Below, one piece after another: positions 1-9,737 of a DNA stretch of 64,000 bases. Position 1 is the stretch's first letter. Each line of letters starts with the position of its first letter. The notes under the pieces were generated by a model. That model was given only the letters and a program-made list of their open reading frames with translations. It did no database searches and was not told the DNA's origin. Origin of the DNA: Candidatus Marinacidobacterium sp. Lineage in GTDB: Bacteria; Acidobacteriota; Vicinamibacteria; Marinacidobacterales; Marinacidobacteraceae. The stretch spans positions 3,488,001-3,552,000 of the forward strand of contig OZ242011.1 in assembly GCA_965204755.1 (NCBI GenBank). The letters are read 5' to 3'. The translations under genes and the position numbers were made by a program.

Positions 1-157
1 TCGGGCGCCTCCTGCGCCGCCCGCGCATAGTGCGCCACCGCCTCGTCGTAGCGGCCCCTCCGCTCGGCGGCTTCCCCCGCGGTGAACGCCGGGCTGGTGG
101 CGCAGCCGGCGAGGCCGGCGACCGCGAGGAGCGCCGCCGCGGCGGCGAGGGCCCGGT

Positions 158-1030
158 TCATCGCCCGGGAACGGCCGCGCCGGAGGCGGTCAGGACTTCC
201 GTTCCCGGCGGGATGCGGAAGGTGAAGAGGCGGTCGTCGGGCGGGTCGCCGACCCGGAAGTCGGAGAACCGGAACTCGGTGCGGTTGCCTTCGAGATCCT
301 CGGAAGCGATCCCGCGAATCCGCCCGCTCTCCGGCTCGACGAGGAGCGTCAGGGCGCTCGGGCCGCCGTCCGGGCGCCTGGCGGTCAGCGCGACCGCCCG
401 AAATCCGTCCTCGTCGGGCGCGATTTCGGCCTCGAAGAAGTCCGTGATCCGGGCGGCGCCGCTGAGGAAGTCCAGCGGGTTCGGCGGGAGTTCCCCGTCC
501 TCCGGCCCGTTCCCGTCCGGCCCGTTCCGTTCGGGGGCGAACGCGCCGACCACGACCTGCCGGTCCGCCGGCACATGGAACCAGGTGTTCGTCCCGTCGC
601 TCACGAAGACCTTCGGCTCCGGGGTCTCGTAGTCGAAGCGCATCCGGCCCGGCCGGAGGATCGTCAGCCGGCCGCTCTCCACGCGCTCCCGCCCGAAGAT
701 CCGGGGCTGGAAGCGCTGTTCGAACCGCGCCTCGAAGTGGGGATGGGCCCGGCTCCAACTCTCGATCCGCTCCACCAGCCGCGCCGCCTCCGGGTCGGTT
801 GCGGCGCCGGACTCGGGTCCCGCCGCGGCGTCGACGCCGGCGAGGGTGGCGAAGAAGACGAGGAGCGCCGCGACGAACGGCGCGACAACCCGTGTGACAG
901 CCCGCCCGAAAACCCGGGTGACAACCCCCGCGACAACCCCCGCGACAACCCCCGCGACAACCCCCGCGGCAGGGCCTCGCTCGGTTCTCATCGCAGCGCT
1001 CCTCCGGCCGGTCGGCTCGTGGTTCCGCAT
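158..1030 (-). CDS. lolA: Outer-membrane lipoprotein carrier protein LolA
   Basis: FEARFEQ...ESGRLTILRPGRMRFDYETPEPKVFVSDG..W motif typical of LolA, after a hydrophobic signal segment. Start is ATG 1030 or 991; the ORF-track start at 1081 overlaps the tRNA. Confidence 0.88.
   Translation of the reverse strand: MRNHEPTGRRSAAMRTERGPAAGVVAGVVAGVVAGVVTRVFGRAVTRVVAPFVAALLVFFATLAGVDAAAGPESGAATDPEAARLVERIESWSRAHPHFEARFEQRFQPRIFGRERVESGRLTILRPGRMRFDYETPEPKVFVSDGTNTWFHVPADRQVVVGAFAPERNGPDGNGPEDGELPPNPLDFLSGAARITDFFEAEIAPDEDGFRAVALTARRPDGGPSALTLLVEPESGRIRGIASEDLEGNRTEFRFSDFRVGDPPDDRLFTFRIPPGTEVLTASGAAVPGR
920..967. repeat. 12-bp tandem repeat GACAACCCCCGC x4 (in-frame VVAG in the lolA N-terminus)
   Basis: Directly visible at 920-967, with degenerate copies to the left. 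Confidence 0.9.
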
Positions 1031-1069
1031 GGGGTCTCCCGGAGTCCCGCCCCGCACTCCGGCGGCGGC

Positions 1070-1144
1070 GGTGGACGGCACGGGGATCGAACCCGTGACC
1101 TCGGCATTGCGAACGCCGCGCTCTCCCGGCTGAGCTAGCCGCCC
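1070..1144 (-). tRNA. tRNA-Ala (anticodon CGC)
   Basis: Reverse complement GGGCGGCTAGCTCAGCCGGGAGAGCGCGGCGTTCGCAATGCCGAGGTCACGGGTTCGATCCCCGTGCCGTCCACC. Acceptor stem has the G3:U70 Ala identity pair; anticodon loop TTCGCAA; GTTCGAT T-loop. Full CCA is not encoded. Confidence 0.97.
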
Positions 1145-1172
1145 GCCCGCCTGCTGCGGAGGCCGGGCATCC

Positions 1173-1391
1173 TAGCAAGCCCGCGGAGAGAGCGCCCCGC
1201 CGTCCCCTGCTCGATCGAAAGGCGGGAAGTCCCCCGTCCGGTTTCCCGGCGGGGCGCTCTCCCCACGGGCCGGCGATGCGAATCGCTGCGCGATTCCCCC
1301 GCCATCTCTCGCGGGGAGGGGGAACCCTCCCCGCGCCCCTCCCCCGGCGCTTCGCGCCGAAGGGCGCTCCCCGGACCGTCTCCGCGCGCCG
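1173..1391. mobile_element. MITE-like ~220-bp palindromic element, copy 1 (degenerate ends)
   Basis: Colinear similarity to 61615-61835 (shared blocks AGCCCGCGG..AGCGCCCCGCC, CGGCGGGGCGCTCT, GCGAATCGCTGCGCGATTCCCCC, GGCGCTTCGCGCCGA). Intergenic; CTAG at the left end. Confidence 0.7.
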
Positions 1392-2507
1392 TCAACTCGC
1401 GGCGCCCTCTTCCGCCGCCCCGGCGGGCGCGGCGAGGAGCGCCCGGAGCGCGTGGTCGGCCAGCACCAGCCGCGCCATCGCCTCCACGATGGGGACGGCG
1501 CGGGGGAGGACGCAGGGGTCGTGGCGGCCCTTGGCCGCGAGGGTGACCTCGCGGCCCCCCGAATCCACCGTCCGCTGCTCCCGGGCGATCGTCGAAGTCG
1601 GCTTGAAGGCCACCCGGAACCGGATCGGCATCCCGGTGGAGATGCCGCCCAGGACGCCGCCGGCGCGGTTCGTCTCCGAGACCACCCGGTCCCCTTCCAT
1701 CCTCAGCGGGTCGTTGTGCTCGCTCCCGAAGAGCGCCGTCCCGGCGAACCCCGAACCGATCTCGAAGCCCTTCGCGGCGTTGATCGCCAGCATCGCCCCG
1801 GCGAGGCCGCTCTCGAGTTTGTCGAACACCGGCTCGCCGAGCCCGGCGGGGACGCCGACCGCCACGCACTCGACGACGCCTCCCACGGAGTCCCCGGCGG
1901 CTTTCGCTTCGGTGATCAGCGCCTCCATCTTCGCCGCCGCCTCCGGGTCCGGGCAGCGGACCGCCGTCCGGTCCACGGCCTCGCGGGTGACTTCTTCCGC
2001 CGGGAGGGGGGCCGCTTCGATGTCCTTCACCCGCTGGACGAAGGCGGTCACCCGGATGCCGCGGCGCTCCCGGAGGAAGATTCCGGCCAGCGCGCCGGCG
2101 GCCACATGCGCGGCGGTGACCCGCGCCGAGGAGCGGCCGCCGCCCCGGTGGTCGCGGATCCCGTACTTGGCGGCGAAGGTGAAGTCGGCGTGGCCGGGCC
2201 GGTACACCGACCGGAGCGGGTCGTAGTCGGCGGGGCGGGCGTCCCGGTTCCGGACCAGCATCGCCACCGGGTGCCCGGTGGTCCGGCCTTCGTGGACGCC
2301 GGAGAGGATCTCCACCCGGTCCGGCTCCGAGCGGGGAGTGGTCAGCGCGCTCTGTCCGGGCCGCCGCCGGTCGAGTTCCGCCTGGATGCCCGCTTCGCCG
2401 ACGGGCAGGAGCTGCGGGCAGCCGTCCACCACAACCCCGATCGCCGGGCCGTGCGACTCCCCGAAGGCGGTGACCCGGAAGGCCTGGCCCAGCGCGCTAC
2501 CGGGCAT
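1392..2507 (-). CDS. aroC: Chorismate synthase
   Basis: [20 protein letters not shown] and RHDPCV signature motifs. Confidence 0.98.
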   Translation of the reverse strand: MPGSALGQAFRVTAFGESHGPAIGVVVDGCPQLLPVGEAGIQAELDRRRPGQSALTTPRSEPDRVEILSGVHEGRTTGHPVAMLVRNRDARPADYDPLRSVYRPGHADFTFAAKYGIRDHRGGGRSSARVTAAHVAAGALAGIFLRERRGIRVTAFVQRVKDIEAAPLPAEEVTREAVDRTAVRCPDPEAAAKMEALITEAKAAGDSVGGVVECVAVGVPAGLGEPVFDKLESGLAGAMLAINAAKGFEIGSGFAGTALFGSEHNDPLRMEGDRVVSETNRAGGVLGGISTGMPIRFRVAFKPTSTIAREQRTVDSGGREVTLAAKGRHDPCVLPRAVPIVEAMARLVLADHALRALLAAPAGAAEEGAAS

Positions 2508-4647
2508 CGTCCGCCCTCTCCGCCGCCCCGGCCATCACCTCGAGCGGCGCCGGCCTTCCCGTCCAGCGGGTGAAGGCCGCCGCGCCCTGGAGGACGAGCA
2601 TCCGGAGGCCGGAGACTTCGCGTTTGCCCGCCGCGGCGGCGAGTTCGAGCAGCGGGGTGCGCCGGGGATGGAAGACCAGGTCGAAGACGACCTCGTGCGC
2701 GGCGACGACCTCGGCGGAGGCCGGCGACTTCCCTTCGGCGGGCCCGCCGGCCATGCCCACCGGCGTCGCGTTCACCAGCAGGTCGGCGGAGGCGCCGCGC
2801 AGCCGGTCGAGCGGGGCCCACCCGGCGCCGAACCGGGCGGCGCAGGCGGCGCCCCGCGCTTCGTCCCGCGCGAACACCGTGGCCTCGGCCCCGGAGCGGC
2901 GGAGGCCGTGGAGGACGGCGCGCGCGGATCCGCCGGCGCCGATCACGCTCGCCCGCTTCCCGGCGAGCGGCTCGCCGAGCGCTTCTTCGAGGGCCCGGGC
3001 GGCGCCGATCCAGTCGGTGTTCGCCCCGAGAAGTCCATCGTCCGTCGGGAGGATCGTATTCACCGCGCCGATCCGGGCCGCGTCCTCGTCGAGCGCGTCG
3101 AGCAGCGGGACCGCCGCCTCCTTGTGGGGAATCGTCAGGTTCAGGCCGGCGGCGCCGGCGAGGCGCGCCGCCGCGAGGAACGCCGCCAGGTCCTCCGGGG
3201 GGACCTCGAACGGCAGGTAGGCGGCCTCCATCCCGAGATGGCGGAACGCGGCCTCGTGCATCGCCGGGCTGAGGCTCTGCGCCACCGGGAAGCCGACGAC
3301 GCCGTGGACCGGCGCCGGGGAGGCGAGTTTCGCGCCCCACCGGCGGTGCCGGGCGCGGATGCGGGCGGAGTCCGACTGGCCGGGCGCGGTCTCCGGCCAC
3401 CCGGCCGGGGGTGAGTAGGTCGAAAAGCGGGCCCCGGCGGCGCGGGCGGTGACGCGCAGCGCCTCCCCGGCTTCGCCCATGGCGACGGCGACCAGCGGCG
3501 GGAGGCGGTCGTCCGCGCGCCGCTCCGCCGCGTGGGAGCGGATCCTCCGGTGGAGGGCGGCCGTCTCCGCGAAATCCCGGACGCGGACGGCGACCTTCAC
3601 CAGGTCGGGGCGCATGGCGGCGAGGCGGCTCGGCTGCGTCTCCGGGTCCTCCGGCGCTTCGTCGAACCAGTGCCGGGAGGCGATGAGGCGGACCTCGGGC
3701 CGGGCTTGGCGCGCCCGTTCGGAGATCCGGGGGGAGGCCCGCCGGTCCGCTTCCGCCTCGATGTCGAGCCAGCCGGCGCCGAGGCGGGCGGCCTCGACCA
3801 GCAGGCGGATCCGGGCCGCTTCGTCCCCGCGGAACGACCCGCCCTCTTCGCGCGGCCGCGCGGTGGCGATCAGCCGGTCGAGCGCCGCCGCGGGCAGGGC
3901 GCCGAGGACGGCGCGGACGGACTCCAAGTCGGGCCGGTCGGGCCGGTCGAGCGCGTCGAGCCGCCACTCCAGCAGGTCGTCCGGCCCGGCCTCCGCCCAT
4001 GCGGCGAGCAGCCCGGCCGCGGCCCGCTCCGGGGCGGGGGCGGCGACGGAGAGGGCGATGCCGGGGCCGAAGTGCGCGGCGCGGAGGGCGTCGGCGGCGA
4101 GCCGGGGGGCCGGTTCCTCCCCGGCGCCGGGTGCGGCGCTCCAGATGTCCCGGTCGGCGACGCTCCGGTAGAGCGGCGCCCGCCGTTCCAGGATGCGGGC
4201 GGCTTCGCCTGCCGGGTCGGCGTCCGCGGCGCCGGGGAGCAGCGGCGGACGGCGGGAGCGGTGCTTCGGGCGGGCGAGGCGGCTCTCCAGGACGACGAGC
4301 GGCGCGCGTACCCAGTACGCGGTTCCCAGGCGGCGGAGCGCCTCCCGGTTCTCCCGCCGCTCGACCACGCCGCCGCCGCAGTCCACCACCAGCCGCTCGC
4401 CGGCGATCGAGGCGAGGACGCGGCTCTCCTCGTCGCGGAACGCCTCCCAACCGCGCCGGGCCACGAACTCCGGGATCGGGCCGTGGGCCTCCTCGAACCG
4501 CTCGTCGGTGCTGACGCGCGTCCAGCCGGTGTCCTCGGCGAACTGGCGGGAAGCGCGGCTCTTGCCGGAGGCCCGCGCGCCGACCAGGACGATGTTGGGC
4601 CACCGGCCCGGGCGGATCGGCGGGACCCGGGGGTCGGCGGCGCTCAC
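2497..4647 (-). CDS. Trifunctional shikimate kinase / type I 3-dehydroquinate dehydratase / shikimate dehydrogenase (AroK-AroD-AroE fusion)
   Basis: N-terminal P-loop GARASGKS with FRDEE and DCGGG (kinase). Middle [36 protein letters not shown] (type I DHQase). C-terminal [46 protein letters not shown] (AroE). GTG at 4647 overlaps the aroA stop (GTGA). Confidence 0.92.
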   Translation of the reverse strand: MSAADPRVPPIRPGRWPNIVLVGARASGKSRASRQFAEDTGWTRVSTDERFEEAHGPIPEFVARRGWEAFRDEESRVLASIAGERLVVDCGGGVVERRENREALRRLGTAYWVRAPLVVLESRLARPKHRSRRPPLLPGAADADPAGEAARILERRAPLYRSVADRDIWSAAPGAGEEPAPRLAADALRAAHFGPGIALSVAAPAPERAAAGLLAAWAEAGPDDLLEWRLDALDRPDRPDLESVRAVLGALPAAALDRLIATARPREEGGSFRGDEAARIRLLVEAARLGAGWLDIEAEADRRASPRISERARQARPEVRLIASRHWFDEAPEDPETQPSRLAAMRPDLVKVAVRVRDFAETAALHRRIRSHAAERRADDRLPPLVAVAMGEAGEALRVTARAAGARFSTYSPPAGWPETAPGQSDSARIRARHRRWGAKLASPAPVHGVVGFPVAQSLSPAMHEAAFRHLGMEAAYLPFEVPPEDLAAFLAAARLAGAAGLNLTIPHKEAAVPLLDALDEDAARIGAVNTILPTDDGLLGANTDWIGAARALEEALGEPLAGKRASVIGAGGSARAVLHGLRRSGAEATVFARDEARGAACAARFGAGWAPLDRLRGASADLLVNATPVGMAGGPAEGKSPASAEVVAAHEVVFDLVFHPRRTPLLELAAAAGKREVSGLRMLVLQGAAAFTRWTGRPAPLEVMAGAAERADDAR

Positions 4648-6098
4648 GGGGCTTCGACCGGGCGGACGCGGACGCCGAGTCCGGCGACCTCGTCCCAGAA
4701 GGCCGGGAAGGACTTGGCCACGACTCCCGGCGAGAGCACCCGCACTCCTCCCGGGCGGCGGAGGCCGGCGAGGGCGAAGGCCATGGCGATCCGGTGGTCC
4801 CCGTCCGGGTCGAAGACCGGCGGGGCGCTCCGGTCGGTCGGCGGGTCGGACGGATGGATCGTCAGCGCGCCCCCGCCGAACTCCGTCCGGGCGCCCAGCG
4901 CGGCGAGCCCCCGGCGGAGCGCGGCGATCCGGTCGCTCTCCTTGTGGCGCAGGTGCTCCACCCCGTGGAGCCGGGTCGGCCCGGAGGCGAAGGCGGCGAC
5001 GACGGCGAGCGTCGGCGCGGAGTCGGGCATCCGGGCGCAGTCCGCCTCGATCCCCCGGAGCCCGGCGGCGGCGCCCTCCACCTCGACTTCGAAGCCGGCC
5101 TCCGGGCCGTCGGGGCCGTCCCGCTCCTCCACCCGGCAGCCCATCCGGCGCAGGGTCTCCGGGAACTCGCGCTCGCCGGCGCCCGGCGCCCCGTCGAGGC
5201 CGAGCGCCCGCACCCGGCCGGGGGCGAGGGCCGCCGCCGCGAACAGGTAGGAGGCGCTCGCCCAGTCGCCGGACACCCGGCTCGCGCCGGGCCGGAAGCG
5301 GGTCCCGGCGGGGACGAAGAGGCGGCGCCCGCCATGCGGACCGCCGCGCCGTTCGACCGTCGCGCCGCACCGCGCCATGACCGAGAGGGTCAGGTCGAGG
5401 TAGGACGCGGAGACCGGCTCGCTCCCGAGTTCGATTTCCAGGGCCCCCAGCGCGCGCCCGGCGGCGATGAGCAGGGCGCTCGCGAACTGGCTGGTCTCGT
5501 GGGTCGGGAGATGCGCGCGTCCGCCCCGGAGCCCGCCGCCGGGTTCCCCGGACCGGACGGTGAGCGGGACGCTGCCGCCGCCCTCGGCGCGGACGACCGC
5601 GCCCAGCGAGACCAGGGCGCGGACGAGCCCCCCGAGCGGGCGTTCGGGGAGCCGCCCCCGTCCGACGATCCGCACCGGGGTCGGGGAAGTGGCCGCGGCG
5701 GCGGTGAGGAACCGGAGGAGCGTTCCCGATTCGCCGACATCGGCGAGGGCGGGTTCGGGGAGGGCGGGTTCGGGGAGGGCGGGTTCGGCGAGGGCGGGCG
5801 CGGCGGCTTCCGGGGCCGCGCGTTCGGGGGCGGGAAGTCCGCGGACGCGGATCCCGCCGTCCGATTCGGTCGTCTCCGCGCCGAGCGCGCGGACGGCGGC
5901 GACGGCCGCGCGGATGTCCTCGCCCTCCGGCGCTCCGAGGATCCGCCGCTCGCCGTCGGTGAGCGCGGCGATCGCGAGCAGGCGGTTCGCCTCGTACTTG
6001 CTGCCGGGGGGCCGGACGACGGCGGAGACCGGACGCCGGGGCGGGGAGACCTCCACGGCTCCGGGGAAGGCCCGGGCCGGCCGGGAGGAGACGGTCAC
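4644..6098 (-). CDS. aroA: 3-phosphoshikimate 1-carboxyvinyltransferase (EPSP synthase)
   Basis: PGSK..NR, GESGTLLRF, TSQFASALL, RHKESDRI, DHRIAM and KSFPAFW motifs. Confidence 0.97.
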   Translation of the reverse strand: MTVSSRPARAFPGAVEVSPPRRPVSAVVRPPGSKYEANRLLAIAALTDGERRILGAPEGEDIRAAVAAVRALGAETTESDGGIRVRGLPAPERAAPEAAAPALAEPALPEPALPEPALADVGESGTLLRFLTAAAATSPTPVRIVGRGRLPERPLGGLVRALVSLGAVVRAEGGGSVPLTVRSGEPGGGLRGGRAHLPTHETSQFASALLIAAGRALGALEIELGSEPVSASYLDLTLSVMARCGATVERRGGPHGGRRLFVPAGTRFRPGASRVSGDWASASYLFAAAALAPGRVRALGLDGAPGAGEREFPETLRRMGCRVEERDGPDGPEAGFEVEVEGAAAGLRGIEADCARMPDSAPTLAVVAAFASGPTRLHGVEHLRHKESDRIAALRRGLAALGARTEFGGGALTIHPSDPPTDRSAPPVFDPDGDHRIAMAFALAGLRRPGGVRVLSPGVVAKSFPAFWDEVAGLGVRVRPVEAP

Positions 6099-6811
6099 CG
6101 CCGGGTCCCCCGGAGGGTTCGCGGGCGTTCGATCCCGAGCCGGGCGCCCGCTCCGGGCCGCGCGGGTCGAGCCGAATTGTGTATAGCTCGATCCGGCGCG
6201 GACGAATTGTGTATAGGTGAATTGTGTATAGGTGCGCTGAATTGTGTATAGCTGCGCCGAATTGTGTATAGCTGGGCCTCCTGCGCCCGATGGGGGTCGA
6301 TCCGACGCCTCCGGGAGGCGGGATCGGGCGCGTACGGGGGCGGGGAACCGGGCCGCGGGGCGTCGTACGGGCGTCCCGGGGCGCGTACGGCAGGGTTACG
6401 GGGCGCGGAAGGGCGCGAAGCCGGATCGCGCGGCGCCGGGCCGCGCGGAGCGGAATTGTGTATAGGCGGCCCGTCCGGGGCCGGAATTGTGTATAGGTGA
6501 GCCGCCCGGAAGCGGAATTGTGTATAGGTGAGCCGCCCGGAAGCGGAATTGTGTATAGCTGAGCCGGACGGAGCGGAATTGTGTATAGCTGAGCCGGACG
6601 GAGGGGAATTGTGTATAGCTGGGCCGAACGGGGCGGAATTGTGTATAGGTGGGCCGGACGGAGGGGAATTGTGTATAGGTGAGCCGGACGGAGCGGAATT
6701 GTGTATAGCTGAGCGGCGCGCAGCGGAATCGCGTACGGCCGGCGCGGAGAGCGGGGTCGCTCGCGGCGGGGTTCGGGGCGGGGGCGGCGCCGGGGCGCTT
6801 CGGCCGCTCAC
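6095..6811 (-). CDS. Putative low-complexity linker ORF (238 aa) spanning the repeat array; may not encode a functional protein
   Basis: Its GTG (6811) overlaps the aroB TGA, and its TGA (6095-6097) overlaps the aroA GTG. The frame is open throughout (3' part of track ORF 6095..7957). The repeat is read in all three frames (IHNS, YTQF, LYTI). Confidence 0.4.
   Translation of the reverse strand: MSGRSAPAPPPPRTPPRATPLSAPAVRDSAARRSAIHNSAPSGSPIHNSPPSGPPIHNSAPFGPAIHNSPPSGSAIHNSAPSGSAIHNSASGRLTYTQFRFRAAHLYTIPAPDGPPIHNSAPRGPAPRDPASRPSAPRNPAVRAPGRPYDAPRPGSPPPYAPDPASRRRRIDPHRAQEAQLYTIRRSYTQFSAPIHNSPIHNSSAPDRAIHNSARPARPGAGARLGIERPRTLRGTRR
6174..6738. repeat. Array of 14 exact direct copies of GAATTGTGTATAG in two blocks, plus degenerate copies
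   Basis: Copies start at 6174, 6204, 6219, 6239, 6259 and 6453, 6484, 6515, 6546, 6576, 6606, 6636, 6666, 6696. A degenerate GAATCGCGTACGG is in phase at 6726. Confidence 0.97.
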
Positions 6812-8016
6812 AGCCCGATCTCCTCCAGGCCGGCGGACGCGGCGGACTCCGGCATCGGGTGGGAGTAGCGCGTCTCCCCGGACTCGCCCCGGCGGCGGAC
6901 CCGGCCGATGTCTTCCAGCGTCACGAAGCGGGCTTCGCCGCCGACGGTCTTCTTGTCGCTGCCCATCGCCCGGAGGACCGCCTCCCGCGCCAGGTCGGAC
7001 GGGGCGCGCCGCGGGAGCCCGAAAGCGCCGAGCAGCGCCGTGAGCCGGGACTCCGCCTCTTCGCCGAGGCGGCCCGCCGCCCGCGCCATCCGGGACTCCG
7101 CGACCATCCCGATCGCCACCGCCGCCCCGTGCGCGAGGCGGTAGCCGCTCGCGCTCTCCAGCCCGTGGCCCACGGTGTGGCCGAAGTTCAGCACCTGGCG
7201 GAGCCCGGCCTCCCGCTCGTCGCGCGCGACCACCGACGCCTTCAGCCGGACGCTCAGGGCGATCGTCCGGGCCACCGCCTCCGGGTCCCGGGCCGCGACC
7301 GCCTCCCGCGCCTCTTCGAGGAACGAGAACGCGGAGGCGTCCAGCGTCGCCGCGATCTTCACCGCCTCGGCCAACCCGTTCCGGAACTCCGCCGCCGGGA
7401 GCGTGGCGAGGAACCGGGTGTCCGCGAGCACCGCCGCCGGGGGGTGGACCGCGCCGACGAGGTTCTTCCCCCGCGCCGTGTTCAGCCCGGTCTTGCCGCC
7501 GACGGAGGCGTCCACCGCGGCGAGCAGGGTCGTCGGGACCGCGACGAACGGCACGCCGCGCAGGTAGGTCGCCGCCGCGAACCCGGCGAGGTCGGTGGTC
7601 ACCCCGCCGCCGAAGGCGACGACCACGGTGTCCCGCCCGAACCGCCGGGCGAGGAACTCGTCCTCGATCCGCTCCTTCTCGGCCCGCGTCTTGTTCCCCT
7701 CCCCGGGGGCGAGCCGGAGCACCGGCGCTCCCGCCGGCAGCGCCCCGGCGAGCGTCCGCCCGTGGAGGCGCTCCGCCTCGGCGTCCGCCACCGCGGCGAC
7801 CGCCCGCCCCGGGAACCGTTCGGCCAGGAGCCGGGGCAGGGCATCGAGGGCGCCCTCGCCCACCAGCACCCGGTAGTCCGCCCGGCGGCCGGGAACCGCC
7901 ACCGGGACTTCGGCCACCCGCCGGGCCGCCCCTCCCCCCGACCATCCCCCCGACCATCCTCCCGACCCCGGAGCGGCGGCCGCCTTCCCGCCCGCCGTCG
8001 GGCCGGCGCCCGTCAC
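6808..8016 (-). CDS. aroB: 3-dehydroquinate synthase
   Basis: GEGNKT, FGGGVTTDLAGFAAATYLRG, PTTLLAAVDASVGGKTG, LNFGHTVGHGLE and HGAAVAIGM motifs. Start uncertain (GTG 8016 or 7917). Confidence 0.96.
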   Translation of the reverse strand: MTGAGPTAGGKAAAAPGSGGWSGGWSGGGAARRVAEVPVAVPGRRADYRVLVGEGALDALPRLLAERFPGRAVAAVADAEAERLHGRTLAGALPAGAPVLRLAPGEGNKTRAEKERIEDEFLARRFGRDTVVVAFGGGVTTDLAGFAAATYLRGVPFVAVPTTLLAAVDASVGGKTGLNTARGKNLVGAVHPPAAVLADTRFLATLPAAEFRNGLAEAVKIAATLDASAFSFLEEAREAVAARDPEAVARTIALSVRLKASVVARDEREAGLRQVLNFGHTVGHGLESASGYRLAHGAAVAIGMVAESRMARAAGRLGEEAESRLTALLGAFGLPRRAPSDLAREAVLRAMGSDKKTVGGEARFVTLEDIGRVRRRGESGETRYSHPMPESAASAGLEEIGL

Positions 8017-8042
8017 CCCCCGAAGCCGGCCGCGCCGAACGG

Positions 8043-9128
8043 TCAGGCCGCCGGTCGGCCCTCCGCCGAAGCGCCGTCCCCCGCCGGCAGCAACCGCCGG
8101 CCGAGCGCGGCCCCCAGCGACCGCAACTCGTCCAGCAGCACCGCGAACTGGTCCGGGTAGAGCGACTGGTCGCCGTCGCTGAGCGCCGCCGCCGGGTCGG
8201 GGTGCACCTCGACCAGCAGCCCGTCGGCGCCGGCGGCGAGCGCGGCCCGCGAGAGCGCCGGCACCAGCGTCTTGTTCCCGGCGCTGTGGCTCGGGTCGGC
8301 GATGACCGGCAGGTGGGTCTCCTGCTTCAGCACCGCGATCGCCCCGACATCGAGCGTGTTCCGGTACGCCGTCTCGAACGACCGGATCCCCCGCTCGCAG
8401 AGGATCACATTCGGGTTCCCCTGGAGGATGTACTCGGCGGCGAGCAGGAACTCCCGGATGGTGTTCGACATCCCGCGCTTCAGGATCACCGGCGTCTCCA
8501 CCCGCGCGAACTCCTTGAGCAGGTCGAAGTTCTGCATGTTCCGGGCGCCGATCCTCAGCACATCCACGAGGCCCGAAGCCGGGGCCACATCGCGCACATC
8601 CATGATCTCGGTCTCGACCAGGACGCCGGTCCCTTCCCGGATGCGGGCCAGGATCTCGAGACCCTCCCGCCCGAGCCCCTGGAAGGAATACGGCGAAGTG
8701 CGGGGCTTGTAGGCGGAGGCGCGCATGACTTCGAGCCCCAGCCGCCGGATCATCCGGGCGGACTCGAAGCCCTGCTCCTCGCTCTCGAGCGCGCAGGGCC
8801 CGCCGAAGACCACGAAGTCGTCGCTGCCGAGCGCCTGCCCGCCGATCGGGATCCGGGTGCTCGACTTCCGGTGGGTCTTGTTCGCGAGGCGGTAGGGCTT
8901 CGCCAGCCCGTACACCTGCTCGACGCCCGGCAGCGTGCGCCAGGCGGCTTCCGTCTCCTGCGAGAGGTCGCCGAGCACATGGATCTGCGTCCGCACCTGC
9001 CCCCGGTGGATCGCCCGGTCGAGCGCCTTGTCCTCGATGTGCCGGACCAGGTTCTCGATGTCCCCGGCCTCCGCCCACGGGTGGAGGATGAGCACCATGG
9101 TGGCGGGCTCGCGGGTCTTGTCGCTCAT
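8043..9128 (-). CDS. aroF: DAHP synthase, class I-beta, with N-terminal regulatory domain
   Basis: GPCALES, YKPRTSPYSFQGLG, IGARNMQNF, LCERGIR and DPSH motifs. Confidence 0.96.
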   Translation of the reverse strand: MSDKTREPATMVLILHPWAEAGDIENLVRHIEDKALDRAIHRGQVRTQIHVLGDLSQETEAAWRTLPGVEQVYGLAKPYRLANKTHRKSSTRIPIGGQALGSDDFVVFGGPCALESEEQGFESARMIRRLGLEVMRASAYKPRTSPYSFQGLGREGLEILARIREGTGVLVETEIMDVRDVAPASGLVDVLRIGARNMQNFDLLKEFARVETPVILKRGMSNTIREFLLAAEYILQGNPNVILCERGIRSFETAYRNTLDVGAIAVLKQETHLPVIADPSHSAGNKTLVPALSRAALAAGADGLLVEVHPDPAAALSDGDQSLYPDQFAVLLDELRSLGAALGRRLLPAGDGASAEGRPAA

Positions 9129-9137
9129 GCGGGGTGG

Positions 9138-9733
<596 letters not shown>

Positions 9734-9737
<4 letters not shown>

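Noticed and set aside
1070-1144. tRNA-Ala as an island integration site
   Set aside because: No integrase and no duplicated tRNA 3' end seen in the window; lolA follows directly.
6174-6738. CRISPR array interpretation of the repeat cluster
   Set aside because: The repeat is only 13-16 bp. In-block spacers are 2-18 bp and resemble one another. There is no palindromic repeat, leader or cas gene in the window.
6174-6738. lac operator or vector contamination (GGAATTGTG, GAGCGG)
   Set aside because: Only a short half-site matches. There is no inverted second half or other vector sequence, and the flanks are continuous with aroB and aroA.
6095-6811. Chromosomal oriC call
   Set aside because: No AT-rich unwinding element, no dnaA/dnaN/gidA neighbours, and all boxes are co-oriented inside an operon. 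Kept only as a DnaA-box-like hypothesis.
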